64,000 nt of DNA. It comes from Polyangiaceae bacterium. GTDB taxonomy: Bacteria > Myxococcota_A > Polyangia > Polyangiales > Polyangiaceae. Within the stretch, counting starts at the first letter, position 1. Each line of letters starts with the position of its first letter. Below are positions 39,474 through 48,655 of this stretch, one piece after another. The position numbers were made by a program, and so were the translations under genes. Under the pieces are notes generated by a model. It was given only the letters and a program-made list of their open reading frames with translations, did not search any database and was not told where the DNA came from. The DNA lies in NCBI GenBank assembly GCA_050287085.1, contig JBNKBE010000013.1, positions 64,001 through 128,000 of the forward strand, read 5' to 3'.

Positions 39474-40573
39474 TTTTCCGCCACCACATCAGAAAGCCGG
39501 CAGTCCCCTCATCAAGCCAATGCGTGGCCCGCCCCGGGGCCGCTGAGAAACCTAGGCGAGATGTCCTCGCGACGAGACACAAGTCGCTCGGCCCGATACT
39601 GCTGGCTTGTTCCCTGCTCGGCGGCTGCGGCGCCCAGACCTCCGGCACGGAAACTGGAAACCCACCGGTTGTCACCGAAACCGCCCTGCACCTGAAGCGA
39701 AGCGCCGGTGTGCTCTACGTCGAAGGAAACGAAGGAGCTGTGCAGCCCGAGGCGCAGCTGACCTTGACGAACTCGACGGCCGGGGAAAGCGCGCGGGCTC
39801 AGGCGGATAAGAAGGGATCCTTCGCCCTGGAGATCCCAGCCAAAGCCGGAGACACGGTCGAACTCAGCGTCGAAGTCGAAGGCGAAACAACAACGCTCGA
39901 TCTGAGCGAGGCGGCGGCAAGCGCCGTCGAATCCGAAGCGCCACCTGGCAATAGCCCCACCGCCCAACCATCAGCTTCCCCGACGCCGACGCAATGCGGC
40001 CCGACACTGTGCGAAGCAGGCCTGAGCTGTTGCTCCGAGGCATGCGGCAGCTGTAGCGATGCCATGGGGAATTGCGTCCCCAACGCACTCGACTGTAGCG
40101 AGAACGGCGGCCTTGAAGCCATGAGAAGCTTGTGTTCGGACGCGAGTGGAAGCTCGAATCCCGTAAGTGTATCCCAACTGGCGGGCCGCTGGATCGCCTG
40201 TCCGAGCGACCAGGCACTGCAGTGGGGGGACCTGGTCTCGGAACCCACTGCGGCCCTTGACATTCCTTCAGACGGAACTCGCTTGTTTCGCCTGGTGGAA
40301 CAGGACGGACAGCTGATCGCCGCACCGGAGGACCAAGAGTTTGGAACAATTGAAGAAGCCGGCCAGATCAACGGAACCACAGAACTCGATCTCTATCTAG
40401 GAGTGGATCCGAGCGCCGCCCCGAGAAACTCCGTACTGACCTACGTTGCAGAGTCGCCTCGCAGATTGATACTAATCGGCATCGCTTCTGGCGGCGCCAC
40501 GAGCTCGGTTCAGCAGACTTTCGTTCTAGATCCGTCGGTCGATGTAGACCTGCTGCACGCCGCAGCGCCCTAA
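39470..40573 (+). CDS. Lipoprotein with GTETGNP motif, Ig-like domain and Cys-rich segment
   Basis: Lipobox LGGC followed by SGTETGNP. ATGA overlap with the TIGR02147 gene. Confidence 0.7.
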   Translation: MIFRHHIRKPAVPSSSQCVARPGAAEKPRRDVLATRHKSLGPILLACSLLGGCGAQTSGTETGNPPVVTETALHLKRSAGVLYVEGNEGAVQPEAQLTLTNSTAGESARAQADKKGSFALEIPAKAGDTVELSVEVEGETTTLDLSEAAASAVESEAPPGNSPTAQPSASPTPTQCGPTLCEAGLSCCSEACGSCSDAMGNCVPNALDCSENGGLEAMRSLCSDASGSSNPVSVSQLAGRWIACPSDQALQWGDLVSEPTAALDIPSDGTRLFRLVEQDGQLIAAPEDQEFGTIEEAGQINGTTELDLYLGVDPSAAPRNSVLTYVAESPRRLILIGIASGGATSSVQQTFVLDPSVDVDLLHAAAP

Positions 40574-40763
40574 CAGGGCCGGACCGGAGACGGCACTTAT
40601 CGGTAGCACGAGCCCCCCCGCGGCGCGACGCGTGGGGGCTCCACACAGAACGCCAGGGCACTCGAGTGTGCATTTGTGCCCTTGGACGGCGAGCCATCCC
40701 GACAAGGCTTCCTTTTTTGCCTTCCAGCCCACTAGTGGCTCGCGTTTGCGATACGCTACGTTC

Positions 40764-41510
40764 ATGTCTCGCGCGTTATCTCTAGTTGTGCGTCTTGTAG
40801 TTCTCGCGCTCCCGGCGGCAAGCGCCTGCGCTCCCCATGCGGTTGTAACTCAGGCCGAAACGCCCCCCGGCATCACCGTGACAGGCGAAGGGGAGGTGCA
40901 CGCGGCGCCGGACATGGCTCGAGTGCGCCTTGGAGTGGAGCAACGCGCGCCTTCCGCACAGGTGGCCATGCAGCTTGCAAACCAGCGCATGACACAGATT
41001 TCAAACGCGGTGCAGGCACACGGCGTCGCGCCGAAGGATCTGCAGACGACGGATCTATCCCTCTACTTCGAGCGAGAGCGGGAGCTGCCAATGCCGGAGG
41101 AGGGTCGCGAAGCGCCGGCCCGAAGCCCTTCCGGAGTCTACGTGGTACGCAACACGCTGGTCGTGTCCGTACGCCAGATCGGGCAGCTCGGCGTCTTGAT
41201 CGGCGCGGCGATGGAAGCCGGCGCCAACCATCTCGACAGTCTCGAGCTCACGCTCGCCGATCCGTCGGCGCTTCAAGACGAAGCACGCAAACGAGCGGTC
41301 GCCGATGCCACGGCGAAAGCCCGCCTGCTAGCACAACAAGCAGGCGTGAAGCTCGGACCGGTACGCAACATCAGCGAGCTTGGAATCGCTCGACCCATGA
41401 TGGCACAGGCGGGTGCGCTGCGGGTCGCCAAAGAATCGGTCGCGGCCATCGAGCAGGGCGAGCTCTCGCTATCACAAAGCGTCCAACTCGTCTTCGCTCT
41501 CGAACACTGA
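40764..41510 (+). CDS. SIMPL (DUF541) domain protein
   Basis: ITVTGEGEVHAAPDMA, GAN, AVADA.AKA..LA...GVKLG. Confidence 0.9.
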   Translation: MSRALSLVVRLVVLALPAASACAPHAVVTQAETPPGITVTGEGEVHAAPDMARVRLGVEQRAPSAQVAMQLANQRMTQISNAVQAHGVAPKDLQTTDLSLYFERERELPMPEEGREAPARSPSGVYVVRNTLVVSVRQIGQLGVLIGAAMEAGANHLDSLELTLADPSALQDEARKRAVADATAKARLLAQQAGVKLGPVRNISELGIARPMMAQAGALRVAKESVAAIEQGELSLSQSVQLVFALEH

Positions 41511-41525
41511 GCTCTCGAACACTAA
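41496..41525 (+). repeat. 15-bp tandem duplication of the SIMPL gene end
   Basis: GCTCTCGAACACTGA followed by GCTCTCGAACACTAA. Confidence 0.8.
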
Positions 41526-41627
41526 GCCCGGTGGCAACAGCCCCCCGCCGCGATGGTTGAGGACCGTCGCGTGCGCAGGCCCCCATCGCCCCCCGCCCCG
41601 CGTCAGTCCGATTGACAATCCCGCGAA

Positions 41628-42638
41628 ATGCCTGCACCACGCAGAAACGTGGTTCTCGCTTTTCGCTCAGCGCCCAGTAGCTGGGGCATCTTCTATCAAG
41701 ACGCGGCGGGGGTGCTCGGGCGCGAGCTCTTCACGATCCATGGCGTGAAGATATCTCTCACCAGCCTTCTGCTCTTCACGCTTACCTTTGCCGCGAGCGT
41801 CCTCCTTGGACGGGCAACGCGGCGAGCGCTCCTCCGTCTGCTGCGACGGCGCGGCCAAGGACAGGAAGAAGGCTCCGCCTACGCTCTGGCCCGAATTGCG
41901 CAGTACGCGGTCAGCGTGGCGGGCGTCCTGCTCGCCCTCGAAAACGTCGGTGTGACGATGACCTCGCTGGCCGCATTGGGCGCTGTATTTGCCGTCGGAC
42001 TCGGCTTCGGTCTCCAGAACATCGCTCAGAACTTCATAAGCGGTCTTATTTTGCTGATCGAGCGCCCCGTGGCCAAAGGTGATGTGGTCATCGTTGACGG
42101 TACCTTTGGGGTCGTCGATGAGATCTCCATCCGGGCGACCCGCATCATGACGTTCGACAGCGTCGCGATGATCGTGCCGAACAACAAGTTGATCAGCGAG
42201 GTCGTTGAAAACCGCAGTGAGCCGGACACCACGTATCGCATTCGCGTCGACGTCGGAGTCGCCTACGGTTCGGACACCCGAGAAGTAGAGTCTGTGTTGC
42301 TCGACCTCGCGCGCAACCAAGCTCGGGTCCTGGCCACCCCAGAGCCGACGGTATACTTCGTCGGTTTCGGCTCGAGCTCGCTCGACTTTCAGCTGTGTTT
42401 TTGGCTCGACGACCCTGCAGCTGGGCTCGAAACAGCCAGCGAAATGCGCCACGCCATCGTCGCGGCGTTCGCGGAACGACGCATCGAAATTCCCTTTCCC
42501 CAGCGTGACCTTCACCTCAAGACCGTACTTCAAGCACCCCAAGCACTGATCGCCGCGGCACCCACTTCAGGTGGTAGTGCCCCAAGCCGCAGCCGAGGCC
42601 GAGATACCTCGAGCCAAGGTCAGAAAGTGCCGAGCTAA
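41628..42638 (+). CDS. Small-conductance mechanosensitive channel (MscS family)
   Basis: GLGFGLQNIAQNFISGLILLIERP, IVPN, VGVAYGSD, FGSSSLDF, IEIPFPQRD. Start uncertain. Confidence 0.92.
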   Translation: MPAPRRNVVLAFRSAPSSWGIFYQDAAGVLGRELFTIHGVKISLTSLLLFTLTFAASVLLGRATRRALLRLLRRRGQGQEEGSAYALARIAQYAVSVAGVLLALENVGVTMTSLAALGAVFAVGLGFGLQNIAQNFISGLILLIERPVAKGDVVIVDGTFGVVDEISIRATRIMTFDSVAMIVPNNKLISEVVENRSEPDTTYRIRVDVGVAYGSDTREVESVLLDLARNQARVLATPEPTVYFVGFGSSSLDFQLCFWLDDPAAGLETASEMRHAIVAAFAERRIEIPFPQRDLHLKTVLQAPQALIAAAPTSGGSAPSRSRGRDTSSQGQKVPS

Positions 42639-42844
42639 GCGAGCTCGCTGCAACCTGGCCCGGAGTGGCGCGGAAAATGAGAAAAACGGGCCAATTTCGC
42701 ACCCCTGAGTAACCAGTACGGATTGAGCGCGTATTGCCTCCTGTAGATCTCCAATCTGTCCATGCGGCGTGGAGTGCAGGTGCTCGCGCGCTGACTTCTT
42801 CTCATGCGCCGAGCCCAGGCGACACGAATCTGGGTTGTTTACTC

Positions 42845-43786
42845 ATGTCAGTGCAACGACACGTCACCGCAGCGGTCTGGCTGCTAATGTACTCCCCCGG
42901 GTGTTCTGATGAACAGGGCCGTGGCTTTGGGCAAGAACCCCTGGCTCCGGATGACGCCAGCGAACTCATCGTCGATCGCTTCAGCCCAGAAGCGGGCAGA
43001 CTCTACGTTCGACGCCAAGACAACACCCTCCCGGGGCCCGGGGAGCCTGTCGACTTCGATGAGCTCTTTCTTGGTCAGGGGTTGGGCCCCGAAGGGAAAC
43101 CGGTTCGGTACTATGACCTCGACCTCCGAAGTCAGGTTCCGGGGAAGATGTACGTTCTGCTCCACGATGGCGAGCCCATTGAAGGCCAACTGCCCGTGCT
43201 GGAAGCAGCCCCTGGCGACCCGGGGTATAACGACTTCGTTCGCGTCTTCGAAGTATGGGTGCCCGACGGATACCGGGCCAATTCTATCCGCTCCGCAGAA
43301 GATATCGAGCGCTCGCAGTATCTGGTGCTGCCAACGTCCATCATTCAGAACCGCGCGCTGGTACCTTCCGGTTCGCTCGCCGAGGAACGCTTCAATGAAG
43401 ACGACCCCCGAAGCGGACGTGGTTGGTATCAGGGCAAGGTGGCCCATTTCCTCTCGTTCGAGAGCGACGTGGTGAGTAGCGAAGACCGTTTTGGAGAAAT
43501 CGCGGTAGGGCTGTCCTATATCTGGGTCGCCTTCAACATCAATCCCGGAGAGCCTGGAGGAGGCCCTCCTTCCGGAGCGGCAACGGAGCCCAACTCCAAA
43601 CAACGCCACAACGTCGTGCGCGACATACCAGGCACTCCCGGTTATTCGCCGCTGTGGATGGCTATCATTTATGACAATTCGGCATTCGACGCCGTGAGCG
43701 ATAGGCCCTCCGCAGAAGCGGCTCCGGTCGTCGCGGGCGCGCCTTCCCCGATCGTCAACTGTCCTCTCGTATGGGCGGCGCCGTGA
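42845..43786 (+). CDS. Probable lipoprotein with duplicated PGxPGY domain
   Basis: Lipobox-like SPGC, internal repeats PGDPGYNDF and PGTPGYSPLW, C-terminal VNCP. Confidence 0.7.
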   Translation: MSVQRHVTAAVWLLMYSPGCSDEQGRGFGQEPLAPDDASELIVDRFSPEAGRLYVRRQDNTLPGPGEPVDFDELFLGQGLGPEGKPVRYYDLDLRSQVPGKMYVLLHDGEPIEGQLPVLEAAPGDPGYNDFVRVFEVWVPDGYRANSIRSAEDIERSQYLVLPTSIIQNRALVPSGSLAEERFNEDDPRSGRGWYQGKVAHFLSFESDVVSSEDRFGEIAVGLSYIWVAFNINPGEPGGGPPSGAATEPNSKQRHNVVRDIPGTPGYSPLWMAIIYDNSAFDAVSDRPSAEAAPVVAGAPSPIVNCPLVWAAP

Positions 43787-43788
43787 GC

Positions 43789-44799
43789 ATGAAGCCCGCC
43801 TCGATACGACGACGATGGCTCACCGCTGGTGCCCTGGCGGCGGCCAACTTGATCCCCAACGTAGCGTGCGGCCAGCAAGCAGAAGCCGCGGAAGCACTCT
43901 TCCAACAAGGACGTTTGCTGCTTGAACAAGGGAAAGTAGCGGACGCTTGTGAGAAGCTGGAAGCCAGCCAGGCGCTCGATTCGGGCGTGGGCACACTGTT
44001 ATTTCTGGGCGAATGTCGCGAGCGGCAGGGCAAGGTCGTCCGCGCCTACCGCGCCTTCGAGGCGGCCACCGCGCTGGCTCATGCCGAGGAAGACGAGCGG
44101 CGAGAGGCGCTTGCGGCGCTTCGCATGACCGCCCTTCGCCCGCGTCTGCCCACCCTTACCGTGCGAGTTCCGGAGGCCACCCGAAACCTAGAGGGACTCG
44201 ACGTGCGCCTGGACGGCGTTGCACTACCAGGCGCCGCCTTCAATGCTCAGCACTACGTCGACCCAGGTCAGCTGCTGATCGTGGTCACTGCCCCGGGTCA
44301 AAGGCGCTGGGAAACGCGCTTGAGCATCCCCGATGGCCCAAGTCACAACGTGGTAGACATACCCCCACTCGAGAGGTCCGTCGTCACTCCCGCCGAGACG
44401 CGAGTACGGAAGGCGAGCTCGTCACCGACTGAAGCCACGTCGCGCAAACCGCCGGGCAGCTCGCTACGGACTTGGGGCCTGGTTTCGGCAGGCGTCGGCC
44501 TCGTTGGCATCGGAGCGGGAACGTTCTGGGGCCTACGTTCGCTCCGTCAGCTGGAGGATTCGAGAAAGACCGAAAACTGCCCGCTGGAGGACCGCTGCTA
44601 CGCCTCCGGCCTGACGCTGAGAGCCGACGCCCGTGACTCCGCGCACCTTGCCGATCTTGCATGGGTGGCGGGCGGTGTGTTCACCCTCACCGGCATAGTA
44701 TTGTATGCGGTGGCCCCGGCGTTGGCCACCGATGAGCACGCGTGGGCCGTTGAGCTCAAACCGCAAGGCGCAAACCTCAGTTTCGGGGGTGAGTTTTGA
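43789..44799 (+). CDS. TPR + PEGA-like secreted protein (myxobacterial kinase-associated type)
   Basis: AEALFQQGR...ACEKLEASQALD.GVGTL..L.EC TPR, VRLDG...VDPG PEGA-like region, hydrophobic helices, terminal GGEF. Confidence 0.8.
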   Translation: MKPASIRRRWLTAGALAAANLIPNVACGQQAEAAEALFQQGRLLLEQGKVADACEKLEASQALDSGVGTLLFLGECRERQGKVVRAYRAFEAATALAHAEEDERREALAALRMTALRPRLPTLTVRVPEATRNLEGLDVRLDGVALPGAAFNAQHYVDPGQLLIVVTAPGQRRWETRLSIPDGPSHNVVDIPPLERSVVTPAETRVRKASSSPTEATSRKPPGSSLRTWGLVSAGVGLVGIGAGTFWGLRSLRQLEDSRKTENCPLEDRCYASGLTLRADARDSAHLADLAWVAGGVFTLTGIVLYAVAPALATDEHAWAVELKPQGANLSFGGEF

Positions 44800-45425
44800 T
44801 AACACTGAGAAGACCAAATGCGCGGCTTCGTTGGGGGCTCGCTGTCGCGATGGCGGTGGACAGCACGGCGTGTTCGCTGGTCGTAGACCCAGCGGAGGCC
44901 GAGCTCATCGAAAAGGAACCCACTGTCGAAGAGCGTTACGGCCAGCAATGCGCCGAGTATTGCGACGCCGTCATGACGAACTGCACGGGTGAATACGCCG
45001 TCTATTCGAACCGCATCCAGTGCCTGAACTTGTGCTCGGTATTGGAACCCGGTGAGGACGGCGACACGACAAGCAACACCGTAGCCTGCAGATTGACCAA
45101 TGCTCGACTTGCCGCAGAGACGGCGGAGCCCAAAGAGCATTGTCCTCAGGCTGGCCCTGGTGGCGCAGCCCAGCTTGCGGACGGAGTCAGCTGCAGCAGC
45201 AACTGTGCTGGGCTGTGTGGTGCAATGACAACCTTATGCTCGGAACAATACGCCTCGCTCACGGCGTGTCTCAACGACTGTGAGGGCGTGCAAGATCTGG
45301 GCGGCTACAACACCTCTGTTGGTCAAGGCGCCACCGTCCAATGCCGCCTTTTCCACTTGGCCGCCGCGGCCGCAGCACCCGACCCCCACTGCAGACACGC
45401 GGCGGGGGATAGCCCCTGCAGGTAA
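44796..45425 (+). CDS. Cys-rich lipoprotein with two internal repeats
   Basis: Lipobox-like STAC and two CxxxC-x6-C...CxxxC...CRL...HC units. Confidence 0.75.
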   Translation: MITLRRPNARLRWGLAVAMAVDSTACSLVVDPAEAELIEKEPTVEERYGQQCAEYCDAVMTNCTGEYAVYSNRIQCLNLCSVLEPGEDGDTTSNTVACRLTNARLAAETAEPKEHCPQAGPGGAAQLADGVSCSSNCAGLCGAMTTLCSEQYASLTACLNDCEGVQDLGGYNTSVGQGATVQCRLFHLAAAAAAPDPHCRHAAGDSPCR

Positions 45426-45427
45426 GT

Positions 45428-46939
45428 GTGAATCAGGCTACCTCGACCCGACTCGCTGACGCCACCGGAGAAGTTCTCGCCGTCCCCGCCGGCGAGATTC
45501 TTGCCGGGAAGTACCGCGTCGAGCGGCTTCTGGCCGCGGGGGGCATGGGAGTTGTCGTTCAAGCAACTCATCTCGATCTGGACAGAGCCGTTGCGCTCAA
45601 GTTCATCCGCGGCGAACACGCAGACAACCCTGAGCTGGCCGAGCGCTTCGCCCTGGAAGCGCGCGCCGCGGCTCGACTCAAGAGTGAACACGCGTGCCGC
45701 GTGCTGGATGTTGGACGACTGGATACGGGCACCCAATACATCGTAATGGAGTTGCTCGAGGGGGAAGATCTCGCAGCACGATTGGCCCGCGACGGTCGCC
45801 TGCCCACCGAACAGGCCATCGACTGGCTTCTGCAAGCTTCGGAAGCCGTAGCTGAAGCACATTCCTTGGGGATCGTGCATCGGGATCTGAAACCCGAAAA
45901 CCTGTTTCTGGCGCGACAACCCGACGGGAGTCTGGTCGTAAAAGTACTTGATTTCGGCATTTCTCAGCAGACAGGAAGGGTCAAGCGAAGTCGTTCTCTG
46001 ACTGCGCCGAGTGCCATCATGGGGTCACCCCACTACATGGCTCCCGAACAAATGCTGGCGAGTCCGGTAGACCAGCGCGCCGATATTTGGGCTCTTGGAG
46101 TCATTCTCTTCGAGCTTCTGTCCGGACGCTGCGCTTTCGAAGGGGACACCGTGCCGGAAATCTGCGCTCAAGTGATCGCCAAGGCGCCCACCTCACTGGC
46201 TTCGCTCGGGCTCACTCTCCCCCCAAAGCTGGAGCGTGGTCTGCTCCGCTGCCTCGCCAAAGATCCCGCGCAGCGACACGCGACGGTCGCCGCCCTGGCT
46301 GAGGCCCTCTGCCCATTCGGCTCCGCCGAGTCACGCCGCTCCGCGGACCGCATCTCAGCTCTCGTCTCCTCCGAAGCTGCGAGCGCCCCATCCGCCTGCT
46401 GGCAACAGTCGACGGACGGGGCCATAGGTCAGGAGAATGGCTTCGAGAGCGATCCAAGGGCTGAGCTCCCTCCGCCACATGGAACGCGATGGGCGGCCGT
46501 CAGTGGTGTGATGCTGGGTCTGGCAGTGCTTGGGGCGGGCACATGGTGGACGCACGCGGCCCGCGGCCGCCCCAGCGACACGACACCGACCACCGTCAGC
46601 ACCCTCCCCGCGGAGAGCACAAGCCGCGCGCTTGTCGCTAAGCCTGCTGCGACACAAGCCTCCGCGCAGAGCGTAGCCACCACCGCGACGCCTACGGCCA
46701 CCGCGCCAGCCGGCGCTGCACCGTCTGAAACCGCGTTCATAACAGAAAAGGGTGAACAGCGTCGTTCGGCCCAACACAAGCTCGGTCGCGCCACGGTGTT
46801 CGACAAGAAGACCGGGCCGAGGAGAGCGGCCAGTAACTCCCAGGCCAAAACAGAGGCGACAAGCCCAGGCACGGCCCCGAGTACTCGCCCCGGACCGACG
46901 GAAGCTTGGGATGTCAATAACTTCGGCGAGCGCCGATAG
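45428..46939 (+). CDS. Hanks-type Ser/Thr protein kinase with TM and periplasmic low-complexity tail
   Basis: GGMGVV, VALK, HRDLKPEN, DFG, GSPHYMAPEQ, DIWALG. Confidence 0.96.
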   Translation: MNQATSTRLADATGEVLAVPAGEILAGKYRVERLLAAGGMGVVVQATHLDLDRAVALKFIRGEHADNPELAERFALEARAAARLKSEHACRVLDVGRLDTGTQYIVMELLEGEDLAARLARDGRLPTEQAIDWLLQASEAVAEAHSLGIVHRDLKPENLFLARQPDGSLVVKVLDFGISQQTGRVKRSRSLTAPSAIMGSPHYMAPEQMLASPVDQRADIWALGVILFELLSGRCAFEGDTVPEICAQVIAKAPTSLASLGLTLPPKLERGLLRCLAKDPAQRHATVAALAEALCPFGSAESRRSADRISALVSSEAASAPSACWQQSTDGAIGQENGFESDPRAELPPPHGTRWAAVSGVMLGLAVLGAGTWWTHAARGRPSDTTPTTVSTLPAESTSRALVAKPAATQASAQSVATTATPTATAPAGAAPSETAFITEKGEQRRSAQHKLGRATVFDKKTGPRRAASNSQAKTEATSPGTAPSTRPGPTEAWDVNNFGERR

Positions 46940-46945
46940 GTAAAG

Positions 46946-48322
46946 CTACGGCCAGCCGAGCGCCGTCAGTGCCGAGGCGAGCTCGTTGGCCGCCCTCTGG
47001 CTACCTTGCTCATTGGGATGAACACCATCGGTGAAGTCTGAGTTCGACAGCCATCCAGTGGTATCAACGTACTCGATAAGGGCGTCGCCCTCGTTCCGAC
47101 GCGTGCTCACCGCCGCACTTATCTCGGCCGCGTGTGCGCCGTTGAAGGGACGCATCACAACTATCTTGGCCGCCGGGTATCCGGCCCTAACCGTCGAGAG
47201 AAAATCGGCGTACGCAGGTGCAAAGTCGTTCGGCGAGGCGCCCCCGTCGTTGGTGCCTTGATTGATCACGACCCAATCGGGCTGCCAGTCGTCTCGCGGC
47301 ACCCCCGCATAGAAGAAGTTGAACGCCTCCCCAGCGATCGGTACGCCTCCATTGCCGCCGATCAATAACCCCTGACGTCCAAAGCCAACCTGACGCCACT
47401 CCGCCTCCAACGCCTGGGCTGTCAGCGACGGGTACGCGCGGCGCGCATCAGCCCGCCAGCAGGGTGTATTCTGGCCGTTGCGGCTGGACCACAGCGCCAC
47501 TCCCTCCGTGATGCTGTCACCCAAGAACTCCATCCGCGGTCGCTTCGGTCGCGGGCTAGGCTCCAGCATCCCCCCCGACACCTCAAAGCCGCTGAACGTG
47601 ATGCTGGACACAAGAGGCGCGTTCCAGCGGTTTTGTCCTTCATTGAGCCCGCGCACCATCAACACGACTTCGTGGATGCCAGGCGGCAGGTCGACGGCGA
47701 GGGGCATCGCGGGGGCGAGCTCGGCCTCCAGCCACTCGCCATTGTCGATGCGCCACGTCATTGTGGGACTTGGCGCCTGGTTCAGCGAGACGTCGAAACG
47801 AGCCGTAAGCGCGGTCCCGGAGAAACGAGCCACCACGTGGCTGCCCGAGTTCACCGTGATCGCGCTCTCCGCTAGTCGGTTCCAGCGGCCATAGTAGTGA
47901 ATCGCCTCAAGCTCGGCGGGTGTTGTGCCCGCGTCGGCGCCCACACCGATCGCAGCGTCTGCCCCCGCGTCGCTTGGGTCAGGGTCGCTTTCGACGGCCC
48001 CCGGCGGATCGGGCTCTGAGGCTGGGGTACCTGCCGAGCCCGCGGTCTCTGAGGCGGGGGCTCCTGCCGAGCCCGACGCCCCCCCCGCTTCCGCCCCTGA
48101 AACACCCCCCGCTTCCGCCGCGGCGGAGCCGGCGACGCCCCCGGAGCCGGAGCCCGCGACGCCCCCGGAGCCCGCGACAGGCCCGGTTCCTGACGTTCCC
48201 CAACCTGCTCCCCCTGGGATCTCGGTGCCCAACCCATTGGAACGGACCGCGTCGTCGCAAGCGCTGAGCGCAACCAATGCGATCCCAACCGCCAGAACCC
48301 CGTACGTTCGCGCTCGCTGCAA
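46946..48322 (-). CDS. SGNH/GDSL esterase lipoprotein (CE2 acetylesterase-like) with Gly-rich linker
   Basis: Lipobox LSAC, YYGRW, EFLGDSITEG, NQGTND, DGVHP. Start uncertain (TTG 48322 chosen; ORF is open to 48409). Confidence 0.88.
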   Translation of the reverse strand: MQRARTYGVLAVGIALVALSACDDAVRSNGLGTEIPGGAGWGTSGTGPVAGSGGVAGSGSGGVAGSAAAEAGGVSGAEAGGASGSAGAPASETAGSAGTPASEPDPPGAVESDPDPSDAGADAAIGVGADAGTTPAELEAIHYYGRWNRLAESAITVNSGSHVVARFSGTALTARFDVSLNQAPSPTMTWRIDNGEWLEAELAPAMPLAVDLPPGIHEVVLMVRGLNEGQNRWNAPLVSSITFSGFEVSGGMLEPSPRPKRPRMEFLGDSITEGVALWSSRNGQNTPCWRADARRAYPSLTAQALEAEWRQVGFGRQGLLIGGNGGVPIAGEAFNFFYAGVPRDDWQPDWVVINQGTNDGGASPNDFAPAYADFLSTVRAGYPAAKIVVMRPFNGAHAAEISAAVSTRRNEGDALIEYVDTTGWLSNSDFTDGVHPNEQGSQRAANELASALTALGWP

Positions 48323-48655
48323 CCTGCCACAGCGCTGCAACCTGCTCCACGCCCGAACGAACCCTGGAAGAGGAGGCCTCCTCACCACACGCCGCTTTGA
48401 ACCAACCACGGGCGTACCCTAGCAGAACCGTCAAGCCAGGTCGTGAGCGCACTGCAGCGTGACCCTGGCGGCGGGCTTCAGTGCTCGCCCTCACCTCCAC
48501 GCGAAAAATCCACCCGTACGCAGCCGTCCCTGGGACGTCCCCCAAGGAAGCATTGCCGACGCTGGCCTTGAGGCCCCAGGGTGGTGTACCGCATGAAGCG
48601 CCTCGCGAGCCGTGCGCCACTACCGCCGGCGGACTCGCTGGTCCCAAGGATCCTC

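Noticed and set aside
48312..48345. CGCTGCAACCTG repeated here twice and at 42646 (contains the PutA-type GTTGCA site on the minus strand)
   Set aside because: This PutA lacks a DNA-binding RHH domain, the sites are far from putA, and two copies may lie in coding sequence. Too weak to call.
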